29,716 bases of DNA. It comes from a virus. Taxonomy: Duplodnaviria; Caudoviricetes. A program made the translations under genes and the position numbers. The DNA is taken from IMG/VR virus record IMGVR_UViG_3300032330_000381, positions 1 to 29,716 of that record; one strand, written 5' to 3'. Of the stretch, positions 7,314 to 15,884 are shown piece after piece. Position 1 is the stretch's first letter; each line of letters starts with the position of its first letter. The notes under the pieces are model-generated. The model saw nothing but the letters and a program-made list of their open reading frames with translations, made no database searches and was not told the DNA's origin.

Positions 7314-9662
7314 CTATATAATATTTACTAAATCTTCTTGTTCAATAGTCAATTCACGACTTTCTGGTAATACTCTACGACTTCTTGTTTCCTCATCAAC
7401 TGCCCAGTGCCTTGATTCTGGTATGACATACCACAGTCTTGACTCTGGGGGGACCACTATCTGTAGTTCAGGTGCAAAGTTTAAGATGTCGCCCTGTGTT
7501 AATACAAAGCCAGTGACTGACAGTGTGGCCTGACCAATTATCACACGATAGACCACTATTGGTTGAATGGTGAACTGTGCTGACAGTGCCGCTGCGACCA
7601 CAATGACTTTTTTGGCGGCTGCAGTCTGTGTAAATGCCGCAGTCATGTTACTGCCTACTGCTCTAATCACAAGACCTGCGGCTGATAGTGTGAATGCACC
7701 CGCTTCTAAACTGACAGCATCACGAGTTCTATCTGTGGGTCGTGCTGTAACAGTAAACTGTGCTGATAATGCCGCTGATTGACTGCGTGTTCTATTGTTG
7801 GGGGTAGCTGAGACTGTGGCCTGTGCTGATAAGGCTGCGGCGTAAGGTTTGACCTTATAGGCAGTGGCTGTGACAGTGGCCTGACTGCTGATTGAGGCTG
7901 TGCCATATCTTATTCTTTGATTTATTGCTGTCTGTGTGGCAGTGGCTGTTATGGCTGCTGTGATTCCTACACGCTTGGCAATTGTAGCTGTGACTGTGGC
8001 CTGTGCTGACTGTGCAGATTGCAGTCTCAGTATTCTAAATGCTGTTGATGACTGTGTGAATGCTGATGATAAACTGGCAGTGGTTACTATTACAGTGGAT
8101 GCTTCACCTGATATAGAAAATATGGCTTCCGCACTGGGTCTGGTTAGGAACTCTGTGCTGGCTATATTACTGCCACCATTTTCCCAGGTAACACCAGTAT
8201 AAGGTGTGGTAAGTTTATTGTAGAATATAGGTGTAGGCAGGCCAGTGGCTGTGCCTGTTGCACCAAGGTCTCTCAATCCTGAATAGAATCTTTCTACTCT
8301 AAATTCTGAGGCTGATACACGACCCATCCATAACTGAGCAAAGGCACCATCAAGAGGTCTTGTGGCAAGATTGGGATATTCTGTTTCTCCACTTTCAGCA
8401 TAAAAGGTTTCGTAGCCTAAAAGTAAGCCACCTATTACCACTTCAGGATTGCTACTGAAACGACCACACCAGTTGAACTCACTGGGGTAGTTATTGAGAT
8501 TGGTGTTATGTGTAGAACTTGCACCCTTGTAAACACCATCTACCCATAAAACCCAGCGGCGAACCAATTGTGGGTTATTAAGGTCTGTGATAGAGTCATC
8601 TGCTCTAAACAGATAATGGTGCCAATTGGTATCATTGGGTGCTACATTGACCCATTGTGTGTCAATTACATTAAGATCTGCACCAAAACGGATTCTAATG
8701 TTGCTATTTTTAAAAGTGATACCGCCACCTGAGTTAGTAGTTGGCTGTATGGTAGTGGCCACAATGGTTTCATCAACACCTGAGCGGCTGTATCTCTTGA
8801 CCCATATGCTGAATGTCCAGGCCTGTTCTCTTATGTTGAATTGGCTGACTTCTGAGAATTGTGTTTGATCAAAGTCAAGAATCTTAGGATACTGTATTTC
8901 TGGTATATCAAGGCCCGCACCTGTGATATAGTTTCCAGGGAACTGACGTGTTACACCTGTCAGTGCTGTAACTGTAAAGTTACTGGTGAAATTGCTGCCA
9001 TTGCTCACACTGGCATTGGCAACAATTACAGGTGCAAATGCTGAGGTTAATGCTATGACAGCACGGGCTGTTTTTATTGTTGATGTGGTTTGTGTGACTG
9101 CTGAAGATAGTGTAGCAGGTGTGCTTCTGAATCTTTGTGCTTGACTTGATTGGCTAAAGGCTGATGTTAATGCTGGTGATGTCTGTGTGCTTTTTGTTGC
9201 AGTCGTTGTGGCCGTTGCAGCCGCAGAGACTGATGAGGTAATGCCTCTAAATCTCGCTGCCTGTGCAGATACATTGGCAATAGATGTTAATGTTACAGAA
9301 CTTCTTGCTGTCTTTTGACTTGTGGTGGCCGCTGTGACTGCTGATGTTAGAGCAGTTTGAGCACGGGCTGTTTTTACCACTGCGGCAGTGACAGTGATGG
9401 CAGATGTTAGACTTGCAGCCGCTGACTGTCTACGCCCTACAACACCAGTTAAGGTAAATGCAGAAACAAAGTCTGCTGTAAACTCTTGATAGGTCTGTCT
9501 TGTTAGACTACCAGTTAAGGTAAACGCACTGCCCCTATCTTCAAAGAATCCTTGATCTAAATAGTCAGCAAGAATGTAGGGTGTAAACCCCACAACAATG
9601 TCTGCTGTATAGACAAAGTATTTGCCTTCGTAGTAGCCATCTTCGAAGTAGAGTTGATCCAT
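7314..9662 (-). CDS. Fibre protein with ~20-aa Ala/Thr/Ser repeats flanking a LamG/concanavalin-like domain
   Basis: Two blocks of about ten L(T/S)SA.T.TA repeats; central WTFSIWVK...WHHYLF...LWVDGV...LDGAFAQLW LamG-like pattern. Confidence 0.75.
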   Translation of the reverse strand: MDQLYFEDGYYEGKYFVYTADIVVGFTPYILADYLDQGFFEDRGSAFTLTGSLTRQTYQEFTADFVSAFTLTGVVGRRQSAAASLTSAITVTAAVVKTARAQTALTSAVTAATTSQKTARSSVTLTSIANVSAQAARFRGITSSVSAAATATTTATKSTQTSPALTSAFSQSSQAQRFRSTPATLSSAVTQTTSTIKTARAVIALTSAFAPVIVANASVSNGSNFTSNFTVTALTGVTRQFPGNYITGAGLDIPEIQYPKILDFDQTQFSEVSQFNIREQAWTFSIWVKRYSRSGVDETIVATTIQPTTNSGGGITFKNSNIRIRFGADLNVIDTQWVNVAPNDTNWHHYLFRADDSITDLNNPQLVRRWVLWVDGVYKGASSTHNTNLNNYPSEFNWCGRFSSNPEVVIGGLLLGYETFYAESGETEYPNLATRPLDGAFAQLWMGRVSASEFRVERFYSGLRDLGATGTATGLPTPIFYNKLTTPYTGVTWENGGSNIASTEFLTRPSAEAIFSISGEASTVIVTTASLSSAFTQSSTAFRILRLQSAQSAQATVTATIAKRVGITAAITATATQTAINQRIRYGTASISSQATVTATAYKVKPYAAALSAQATVSATPNNRTRSQSAALSAQFTVTARPTDRTRDAVSLEAGAFTLSAAGLVIRAVGSNMTAAFTQTAAAKKVIVVAAALSAQFTIQPIVVYRVIIGQATLSVTGFVLTQGDILNFAPELQIVVPPESRLWYVIPESRHWAVDEETRSRRVLPESRELTIEQEDLVNII

Positions 9663-9671
9663 TTAAGATCC

Positions 9672-10913
9672 TTAGGTCAATTTTACTACTGTAAAATCTG
9701 GATTAGCACTACTGCTATTATCAGTTATGAATGTTAACCAATTACCTGTTGATGTAGAAGCAGTTCCAATTAGAGAATTTATAAATCCGGTAGCATTAGT
9801 TGGAACTGTGGTAATTTCTACTGCAGAACCTTCAGTTATGGTATTACCACTGACTGTTAATTTTCTGTAATACCATTTTGAATCACTATTTTTTTTATAA
9901 ACAAAATAAAATTCATCACTGGTCCAAGATTGTGCAGGGGCCCATAACCCTCCTGACACAATGTCAGTTAGTGTGACTTGTGATCCACTGGATTCTGTTG
10001 GAGCCGCAGTGCCTGATGTAGGCCAAGTTACTGTTCTTGATTTAACTATAGGGTATCCAGATGAATTTTTACTCATCATAGCCAATTTATTTGAACTATT
10101 AAGTTTAACCAATGGTTGACCATTAAGATATTGACCCCCACTTAAAAACTCTCCAGAATCGGCAAAGATAGAAGCACTGCCTGATTTATTTCTAAAATAT
10201 CCAATCTCCATGGTTCCATAACTTTGACCAACCCATCTTTGATAGGTATTAGAACCATTAAGATATCGATCAAAACCTAACATACTATGAAATACTGCTT
10301 GATCTCCAAAATTTCCCATGCTACTTTCTACATACATGGCAGGTAAAGCACCTGTGTAATCTCTTGTGATTAATGTTAGACCATTCGTTCCTCCGCCGTC
10401 ATCTCGATGACTGATGAATGCACAGGGGTAGTTATCATAATCTTTACCAGCATAACCTGCAAATAAGAATGATGATCCATTATTAATTTTTAATGCCGCA
10501 GAAGGTGTGCCAATTGTTAATGTATCTTTGTCAATACTAAAAGTTTTAACATATAGATATCCATCACTGGCTGAATAAAAACCATAACCTTGATTATTGT
10601 CAGGATATTCTGTAGTTACATGAACATCATATTTTCCGTTGGCTGTTGAATTAAGTGTAGTCACTGAACTTTGTGTTGAAGTTCCATCACTGTTAACTCT
10701 GATCAACATACATTTACTATAAGAATTTGTTGAATCTTTAAATCCCCAAAGCCAGATTGGATTTCCTGAACTGTCTGCACCTACATAGGCCATTTGTGGA
10801 ACACTATAGGTAGCATAATTCCAACTGGCATTAGTTAATGATGTAACTCCAGATTGAAAAGATGGGGCAGCGGCCTGTGTTGTTCCAACCATTGAAGATA
10901 GTATTCCACTCAT
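9672..10913 (-). CDS. Beta-rich putative receptor-binding or fibre-tip partner protein
   Basis: Start moved to MSGILSS (TAATG overlap at 10911-10915); Ser/Thr/Gly/Tyr-rich beta-strand pattern; visibly AT-richer than its neighbours. Confidence 0.6.
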   Translation of the reverse strand: MSGILSSMVGTTQAAAPSFQSGVTSLTNASWNYATYSVPQMAYVGADSSGNPIWLWGFKDSTNSYSKCMLIRVNSDGTSTQSSVTTLNSTANGKYDVHVTTEYPDNNQGYGFYSASDGYLYVKTFSIDKDTLTIGTPSAALKINNGSSFLFAGYAGKDYDNYPCAFISHRDDGGGTNGLTLITRDYTGALPAMYVESSMGNFGDQAVFHSMLGFDRYLNGSNTYQRWVGQSYGTMEIGYFRNKSGSASIFADSGEFLSGGQYLNGQPLVKLNSSNKLAMMSKNSSGYPIVKSRTVTWPTSGTAAPTESSGSQVTLTDIVSGGLWAPAQSWTSDEFYFVYKKNSDSKWYYRKLTVSGNTITEGSAVEITTVPTNATGFINSLIGTASTSTGNWLTFITDNSSSANPDFTVVKLT

Positions 10914-11614
10914 TATGATACATTCCCTGTAATTACACAAACAGTTCCTGATAAAAAGAATATATTAGCAACACCTCTTGTGGCTAAACTGACTGTGGCT
11001 TTGTCTGCATCTGTTCCTGAAATATAAGCAGTGGTAATGGTGCAGGTAATAGTAATGGCCGCTGAATGATTGTTGACAATCACCACGCAGTCGCCTTCTG
11101 CAAATGTTGCATCAGGAATAGTAATTGAACCACCAGATCCAACTTGAACATATTTGCCCTTGTCAGTGGTAGCCAATGTGTATGAACCTGTCTTAGTTCC
11201 TACTGCTGGAATATTTCTATAACCTACTGTATTGGTTCCATCTACTGTGGTATTAGATAAGTTACCTGAACTTGGTGTGCCTAATGCACCACCTGATACT
11301 AATGGTGTTGTGCCACTGGATGCCGCTGTTAAACGACCCTGTGCATCAACTGTGAGACTGGCGTAGGTATATGAACCTGCTGTAACTGCTGTATTATCAA
11401 GGTTAAGTGTCACTGTGTTAGTGGTCATTGCTGAAGTTAAAGCAGTTCCACCTGCAACAGTGATAGTTCCGTTTAGGTCAATAGCCTGACTGGTGCCGCC
11501 ATCGCCTGCAACGGTAATGGTTGCGTTTTGTAAGTTGGTAAAGTTTGCATCACCTTCAACGAATGTAAGTGCGGAGCCTTTACCTGCTCTTGTGACGATT
11601 GTTGGCTTGGCCAT
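10913..11614 (-). CDS. Short fibre protein, paralogous N-terminus with 12219-13319
   Basis: MAKPTIVTRAGKGSALTFVEGDANFTNL anchor; VTAGSYTYASLTVDAQGRLTAASSG fibre motif; C-terminal SYTLATTDKGK...VITGNVS domain. Confidence 0.75.
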   Translation of the reverse strand: MAKPTIVTRAGKGSALTFVEGDANFTNLQNATITVAGDGGTSQAIDLNGTITVAGGTALTSAMTTNTVTLNLDNTAVTAGSYTYASLTVDAQGRLTAASSGTTPLVSGGALGTPSSGNLSNTTVDGTNTVGYRNIPAVGTKTGSYTLATTDKGKYVQVGSGGSITIPDATFAEGDCVVIVNNHSAAITITCTITTAYISGTDADKATVSLATRGVANIFFLSGTVCVITGNVS

Positions 11615-11635
11615 AGTATTATCCTTTTATTATTG

Positions 11636-11666
11636 AAAAGAGGGCGTTAGAAACTAACACCCCCTT
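11636..11666 (-). terminator. Intrinsic terminator after the 141-aa fibre subunit gene
   Basis: Minus strand GGGGGUGUUAG-UUU-CUAACGCCCUC followed by UUUU; two G-U pairs work only on the minus strand. Confidence 0.7.
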
Positions 11667-11674
11667 AAGACCTA

Positions 11675-12100
11675 TTAGGCTAAAGCGATTGTTAAGTTAC
11701 CGCTGGATACTTGGAAAGTATCACCAGTGTCAATCGTTTTTGCAGTTGTAACTGCACCCCAGAATAATACATTACCTGAACCTGCTGTGCCACCATCCAT
11801 GACTGCGATGTGTGTGATTGAACCCCAACTTGCAGTGGCTGTGTCAAATGTCACAGTTGCTGAACTTGCTGAAGTTCCGCTGGATGCGGCAGCAAATGTC
11901 ACTGTCTTACGAGCATAAGCTGAACTTGAAGTTGTTACTTCGTCAGTTAGTGTGCCTGCTTCTAAGTTAGTAGCGGCATTACCTGATGTGTTGGTAAACA
12001 ATGCAAGGTAAAGTGTTGATGCACCAGTGTAAGGTGCTGAACTATAACGCAATGTATGGTCTAATAGTTTGTTTTCTAAATAATTTGAGGCTGCGGACAT
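11675..12100 (-). CDS. Small virion fibre subunit (resembles the GP4 gp80-type family)
   Basis: SNYLENKLLDH...LYLALFT...YARKTVTF...WGSITH...GNVLFWG...KTIDTGDTF...GNLTIAL pattern, a widespread phage structural family recalled from memory. Confidence 0.75.
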   Translation of the reverse strand: MSAASNYLENKLLDHTLRYSSAPYTGASTLYLALFTNTSGNAATNLEAGTLTDEVTTSSSAYARKTVTFAAASSGTSASSATVTFDTATASWGSITHIAVMDGGTAGSGNVLFWGAVTTAKTIDTGDTFQVSSGNLTIALA

Positions 12101-12176
12101 ATTGGTCTCCTGTTTGAAATATGTTGTCTTGTAGCAGACAACATATGGTTGTCTGGTGTCATTAAATGACTATGTG

Positions 12177-12184
12177 TATTTATA
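12177..12184 (-). promoter_or_regulatory. T4-late-like promoter box TATAAATA upstream of the 141-aa gene
   Basis: Exact TATAAATA in the intergenic region, 76 nt upstream of ATG 12100. Confidence 0.7.
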
Positions 12185-12218
12185 GAAAACTTTTAAAAGT
12201 CGTGAAAAACTTTAAAAT

Positions 12219-13319
12219 TTAGTGGAGATCAACCCAAGTGCCATTGGCATAGCCTTGAAACTTGTTGGTAGTGCTATTATAAAGCATCATACCATTGTAG
12301 GCTGTCAGTGCATTTCTTGATCCAGTGGTCATGTTGGCCAATTGAAGATAAGCACCATATGAACCATCAAGTTGTATAGGCTGTTGGAAATAGGCATAAC
12401 CTAAAACAGCAGAAGTAGATTGAAAGATTGCGCCTCTAATTGTAACCTGTCCATTTGATCCAGCACCACCTTGAATAACCAATGCAACACCATCACCTTG
12501 TATTTGGCCAGAACCACCAATTTTCAATGCTGATCCGTTTCCACCAGTGGTTATTTTTACACTGGCATAGGCAGAGCCATTACCACCACTGTCTAAATTT
12601 TCAATGGTAATCTTTGGAGTTCCACTGTCAGTGGTCAATACAAGATTACCTGGATTTGAATAACTGGTGCCTGCACCATTTGTAGTAATGGTAGCACCTG
12701 CGTTGGCATCGCCTAATTTAATAGTGTCTGCTGTCAATAGCACATCACCTGTGCCATTGGGTTCAATTGCAATATTATTATTTGATCCGCTGATGATCTT
12801 ATAACTGCCGACGTTAAGATCTGATGTTAGGGGATTGGTTAAACCAGGACTGCCACTGCTGGCAGATGTAATACGGCCCTGTGCATCTACTGTAATGGCT
12901 GCATAGGTATATGAGCCTGCTGTGACTGCGGTATTGTCAAGATTAAGTGTAACAGTATCTGTGGTTGAAGTCACTGATGTAAGACCGGTGCCACCTGCAA
13001 TGGTTAGATTATCTGAATCTGAAATTGATTGTGCAGAACCTGAATCACCTGAAACAGTAAAACCACTCATACTACCACCACCGCCACCTGAAGTTGCTGA
13101 AATGGTAATTTCTTTAGAAGTATTGTTACCAGTCAGTGTAACATTGGTGCCTGCTACTAATGTGATAGTGCCATTTAGGTCACTGACCACATTAGTGCCA
13201 CCTGTGCCTGCTTTAAGTGTTATGGTAGCATCAGCAAGATTCTGAAAATTAGTATCAAGTTCTGAGTAGGTCAGTGCTGCCGCTTTGGTTGTGCGTTTGG
13301 TAATTGAAGGTTTAGCCAT
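12219..13319 (-). CDS. Gly/Thr-rich fibre protein
   Basis: ALTYSELDTNFQNL anchor; LTSDLNVGSYKI..SNNNIAIEPNGTGDV; C-terminal MTTGSRNAL...GMMLYNSTTNKFQGYANGTWVDL module typical of phage fibres. Confidence 0.8.
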   Translation of the reverse strand: MAKPSITKRTTKAAALTYSELDTNFQNLADATITLKAGTGGTNVVSDLNGTITLVAGTNVTLTGNNTSKEITISATSGGGGGSMSGFTVSGDSGSAQSISDSDNLTIAGGTGLTSVTSTTDTVTLNLDNTAVTAGSYTYAAITVDAQGRITSASSGSPGLTNPLTSDLNVGSYKIISGSNNNIAIEPNGTGDVLLTADTIKLGDANAGATITTNGAGTSYSNPGNLVLTTDSGTPKITIENLDSGGNGSAYASVKITTGGNGSALKIGGSGQIQGDGVALVIQGGAGSNGQVTIRGAIFQSTSAVLGYAYFQQPIQLDGSYGAYLQLANMTTGSRNALTAYNGMMLYNSTTNKFQGYANGTWVDLH

Positions 13320-13325
13320 AGTCTA

Positions 13326-13547
13326 CTATTTAACCTCTTTGAGTTTTTCGGTGATTTCGTTGGCCATATTCTGCATCAAAACTTCATTGGCTTTGTTTGA
13401 TGAATTAAGCCCATCTATCAATAGGTCAATGACATGGCCCTGTTCTTCAACCTTTTTGGCCAATCCATTGTGTGCTGTTATAAGATTTTGTATGTTGGCA
13501 TTGAGATTCATCAATGCTTCATAGGGATCAAAGTTACTGTTGAACAT
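13326..13547 (-). CDS. Small coiled-coil hypothetical protein
   Basis: ORF track; heptad-like pattern; overlaps the upstream gene; GGAG SD. Confidence 0.65.
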   Translation of the reverse strand: MFNSNFDPYEALMNLNANIQNLITAHNGLAKKVEEQGHVIDLLIDGLNSSNKANEVLMQNMANEITEKLKEVK

Positions 13548-13914
13548 CTGCCCTCTCCCTGGCCAACCTCTTTTCTTTTTTGGCTTTGACTGCTTTCAAC
13601 ATGGTCTTGTAACCATTGCAGGTTTTGTAGTGATCATGACGACTCATGATCATGGTATTGTCTACAGACCAAGCACCATCTGGATCTCGGCGTGTCATAC
13701 AGAGATCATCGTTGCTACGACCACGGCGTAGATATTGATCGTCTTTTAACCAAAGGTCAATGTATTCTTTGTCTGTCATGGTCCACTCTTCACCTCTATA
13801 CATGGCCTGGGCACGAGCTCGCATACTCCAAGTGTGTATCATGTGTTCAACAGGATCTTTAAAATGCCAAACACTGGGCCTTAGTAGATCATCTTTTTTA
13901 TATTTTCCTGACAT
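13534..13914 (-). CDS. HNH-like (beta-beta-alpha) nuclease-fold or DNA-binding protein
   Basis: AMYRGEEWTMT...RRGR...LCMTRRDPDGAWSVDNTMI resembles degenerate phage HNH-type domains; AAGGAG SD. Confidence 0.55.
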   Translation of the reverse strand: MSGKYKKDDLLRPSVWHFKDPVEHMIHTWSMRARAQAMYRGEEWTMTDKEYIDLWLKDDQYLRRGRSNDDLCMTRRDPDGAWSVDNTMIMSRHDHYKTCNGYKTMLKAVKAKKEKRLARERADVQQ

Positions 13915-13938
13915 TGCTTGATTCTCCTTGTTTAATAT

Positions 13939-14178
13939 TTATTTGAGTGATAATAATAGCAGTAAAATTTGATTGGTATCTTCGTGTTCTGCCCAAATCT
14001 CAATGTTACGCATATAACGGTCATGTTGGGTGGAATCCTCAATGGTAATCTTACCACCTGCGGCTTTGAATTTTTTAAAGTCCACATGGGGCATGAAGAA
14101 TTCCACGGCATTGTTGAGATCAAACATCTGCCAAAAATTCTTGTCATTGAATTGATTTTGAAATATCAGTTGTTTCAT
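13939..14178 (-). CDS. Hypothetical protein (79 aa)
   Basis: ATGA overlap with the polymerase stop; GAGGA SD. Confidence 0.65.
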   Translation of the reverse strand: MKQLIFQNQFNDKNFWQMFDLNNAVEFFMPHVDFKKFKAAGGKITIEDSTQHDRYMRNIEIWAEHEDTNQILLLLLSLK

Positions 14179-15884
14179 TCTTCATCCTCAAGTAATTGTT
14201 CATAGACATCCATGTTGTAATCTCCTCTATGCCCATTATCAAAATCTTCATTGCTTGATGAATAGGGTCTATAGGGTAAACGACCATTACCTTCTTGACA
14301 GTCAAGGCCATTATTCTCAGCATATTTGCGAGCCTGGGCTTTTTCCCTTTCCATGTGCTGTTTATGATTAGATTCGATGTTTTCATCAATAAATTTATAT
14401 CCTTGGTGTTCTATATGATCTAAACGACCATTAGGCAAAAATTGTTTAACTAATTCTCTTAATTCAGATAGATTGCATCTCTGTTTGGTATAAAATCCAT
14501 CATGGCATTTTAATAAAACAGTTTTATCTTCAACTAAAGATTCTAAAGCAGTTAATAATGATCTTTCAAAACATTGATAGGCCTTGGCAATGGCACGATT
14601 TTTAGATATTTGATTATTTTTATTTTTAAGTTCTGGATCCTCAACTATGGATCTTGTATCTTTGATTTCCTCCCAGATAAGCCTATTCATCAATTCTTGT
14701 TCTTGTATGAATTCACTGACCCATGGATCTTGTAAAAATTGATCTAATAATTCTTGACTATAAATGATTTGGCGTAATGCTGTTTTACACCAACTACCAC
14801 GATCATTCATCCATACTGCATTGGTCTTACGAGCACCAAATCCAATGGCAGTAATGGCTCGCTTGACAGCAGATTGATAACCATGATCTTCAGATCCAAA
14901 TATCAAATTAGATAATCGTAGTCTATGGTGTTGTTTGAATTCTAAATAATCTATGGTAGCAGGCAATTTACAATTTGGATCTATTTCTTTTACAGTATCC
15001 AATTTCCATGTAAACACAGATGCTTCAATATCATATTGATGACATTCTCCAAGAGCCGCATGACGCACAATCTTGGCAGCTGATTGAAGATTTATACCAC
15101 GATAGTATCTGCGACCAAAGGTTGATTCTGAAATGATCTGAGGCAGCACTCCACCCATTTCTGTGGCTATCAATAGAATTGTCTTGGCCAATTTCAAGTT
15201 TTCATCTAAAGTATTATTTCTCTGTTGAATGACCTTGTTAGCAGAAATATAATGATTCAAACTGACCAAATCTATAGGTGCATAGTCAATGTCTCGATCT
15301 GGATCAACTCCTGCATACATTGATCTAATCATCTGTTTACTGTCTTGATTGGCCAGTATGAGATTTATATCTATTGTTGTTTTTACCATGGTTAGGGTTC
15401 CTTGACGTCCAAACTTATATCCTTCTTTAACTTTAATCAATAATGGTGAGTGTTCTTGAAAAAAATCAAACCAATAACCTTTTCCATTAGCACCATATCT
15501 ACCACAACTCTTACGCAGTTCACTAAAACTAACTGGTATCAGTTCTTCATTCAACTGCTGTTGTTTGGCTAATATGATGCCTTTGATCAGGGCCTGTTTA
15601 ACTGCTTGACAATACTTCTTTAGTATCTTTTTTCTTTTTTCGTAAGTGGCTGTGGTAACTTCTGGCATGAGAAAAAAGACTGCACTATCAGGTGAGAAGG
15701 AAGGAACTCCAAAGGAGTTCAGCAATCCAACGGCCCTATGGGCTGGTGGTAATGGGTTCATTTGACTCATATCATTAGTTTCATATGACTCTATACTATT
15801 AGTGTCACTTCTCTGAGAAAGTGGAATGGTTTTCGTGTCACTTCTCTGAGAAAGTGGAATGGTTTTCGTGTCACTACCACTCAT
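14175..15884 (-). CDS. Stand-alone PolA-superfamily (TV-Pol-like) polymerase
   Basis: Ordered motifs FGRRYYRGINLQ...IVR, YDIEAS (motif A Asp), VKRAITAIGFG (motif B Lys), YQCFERSLL, LLKCHDGFY (motif C HD). No exonuclease or helicase motifs seen. Confidence 0.7.
   Translation of the reverse strand: MSGSDTKTIPLSQRSDTKTIPLSQRSDTNSIESYETNDMSQMNPLPPAHRAVGLLNSFGVPSFSPDSAVFFLMPEVTTATYEKRKKILKKYCQAVKQALIKGIILAKQQQLNEELIPVSFSELRKSCGRYGANGKGYWFDFFQEHSPLLIKVKEGYKFGRQGTLTMVKTTIDINLILANQDSKQMIRSMYAGVDPDRDIDYAPIDLVSLNHYISANKVIQQRNNTLDENLKLAKTILLIATEMGGVLPQIISESTFGRRYYRGINLQSAAKIVRHAALGECHQYDIEASVFTWKLDTVKEIDPNCKLPATIDYLEFKQHHRLRLSNLIFGSEDHGYQSAVKRAITAIGFGARKTNAVWMNDRGSWCKTALRQIIYSQELLDQFLQDPWVSEFIQEQELMNRLIWEEIKDTRSIVEDPELKNKNNQISKNRAIAKAYQCFERSLLTALESLVEDKTVLLKCHDGFYTKQRCNLSELRELVKQFLPNGRLDHIEHQGYKFIDENIESNHKQHMEREKAQARKYAENNGLDCQEGNGRLPYRPYSSSNEDFDNGHRGDYNMDVYEQLLEDEE
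15802..15875. repeat. Perfect 33-bp tandem repeat (two copies plus 8 bp) inside the 5' end of the polymerase gene
   Basis: GTGTCACTTCTCTGAGAAAGTGGAATGGTTTTC at 15802-15834 and 15835-15867, then GTGTCACT; encodes SDTKTIPLSQR twice. Confidence 0.95.

Noticed and set aside
11300-12960. Shared segment of the two fibre genes as a DGR template/variable repeat pair or invertible cassette
   Set aside because: No reverse transcriptase or invertase is present, both copies are in the same orientation within coding sequence, and the differences look synonymous rather than adenine-specific.
13939-14178. 79-aa ORF as a holin (C-terminal ILLLLLSL)
   Set aside because: The hydrophobic run is too short for a transmembrane helix and no endolysin is adjacent.
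15802-15875. 33-bp palindromic repeat as a CRISPR array
   Set aside because: The units are directly adjacent with no spacers, there are only two, they are in frame within a gene, and no cas genes are present.
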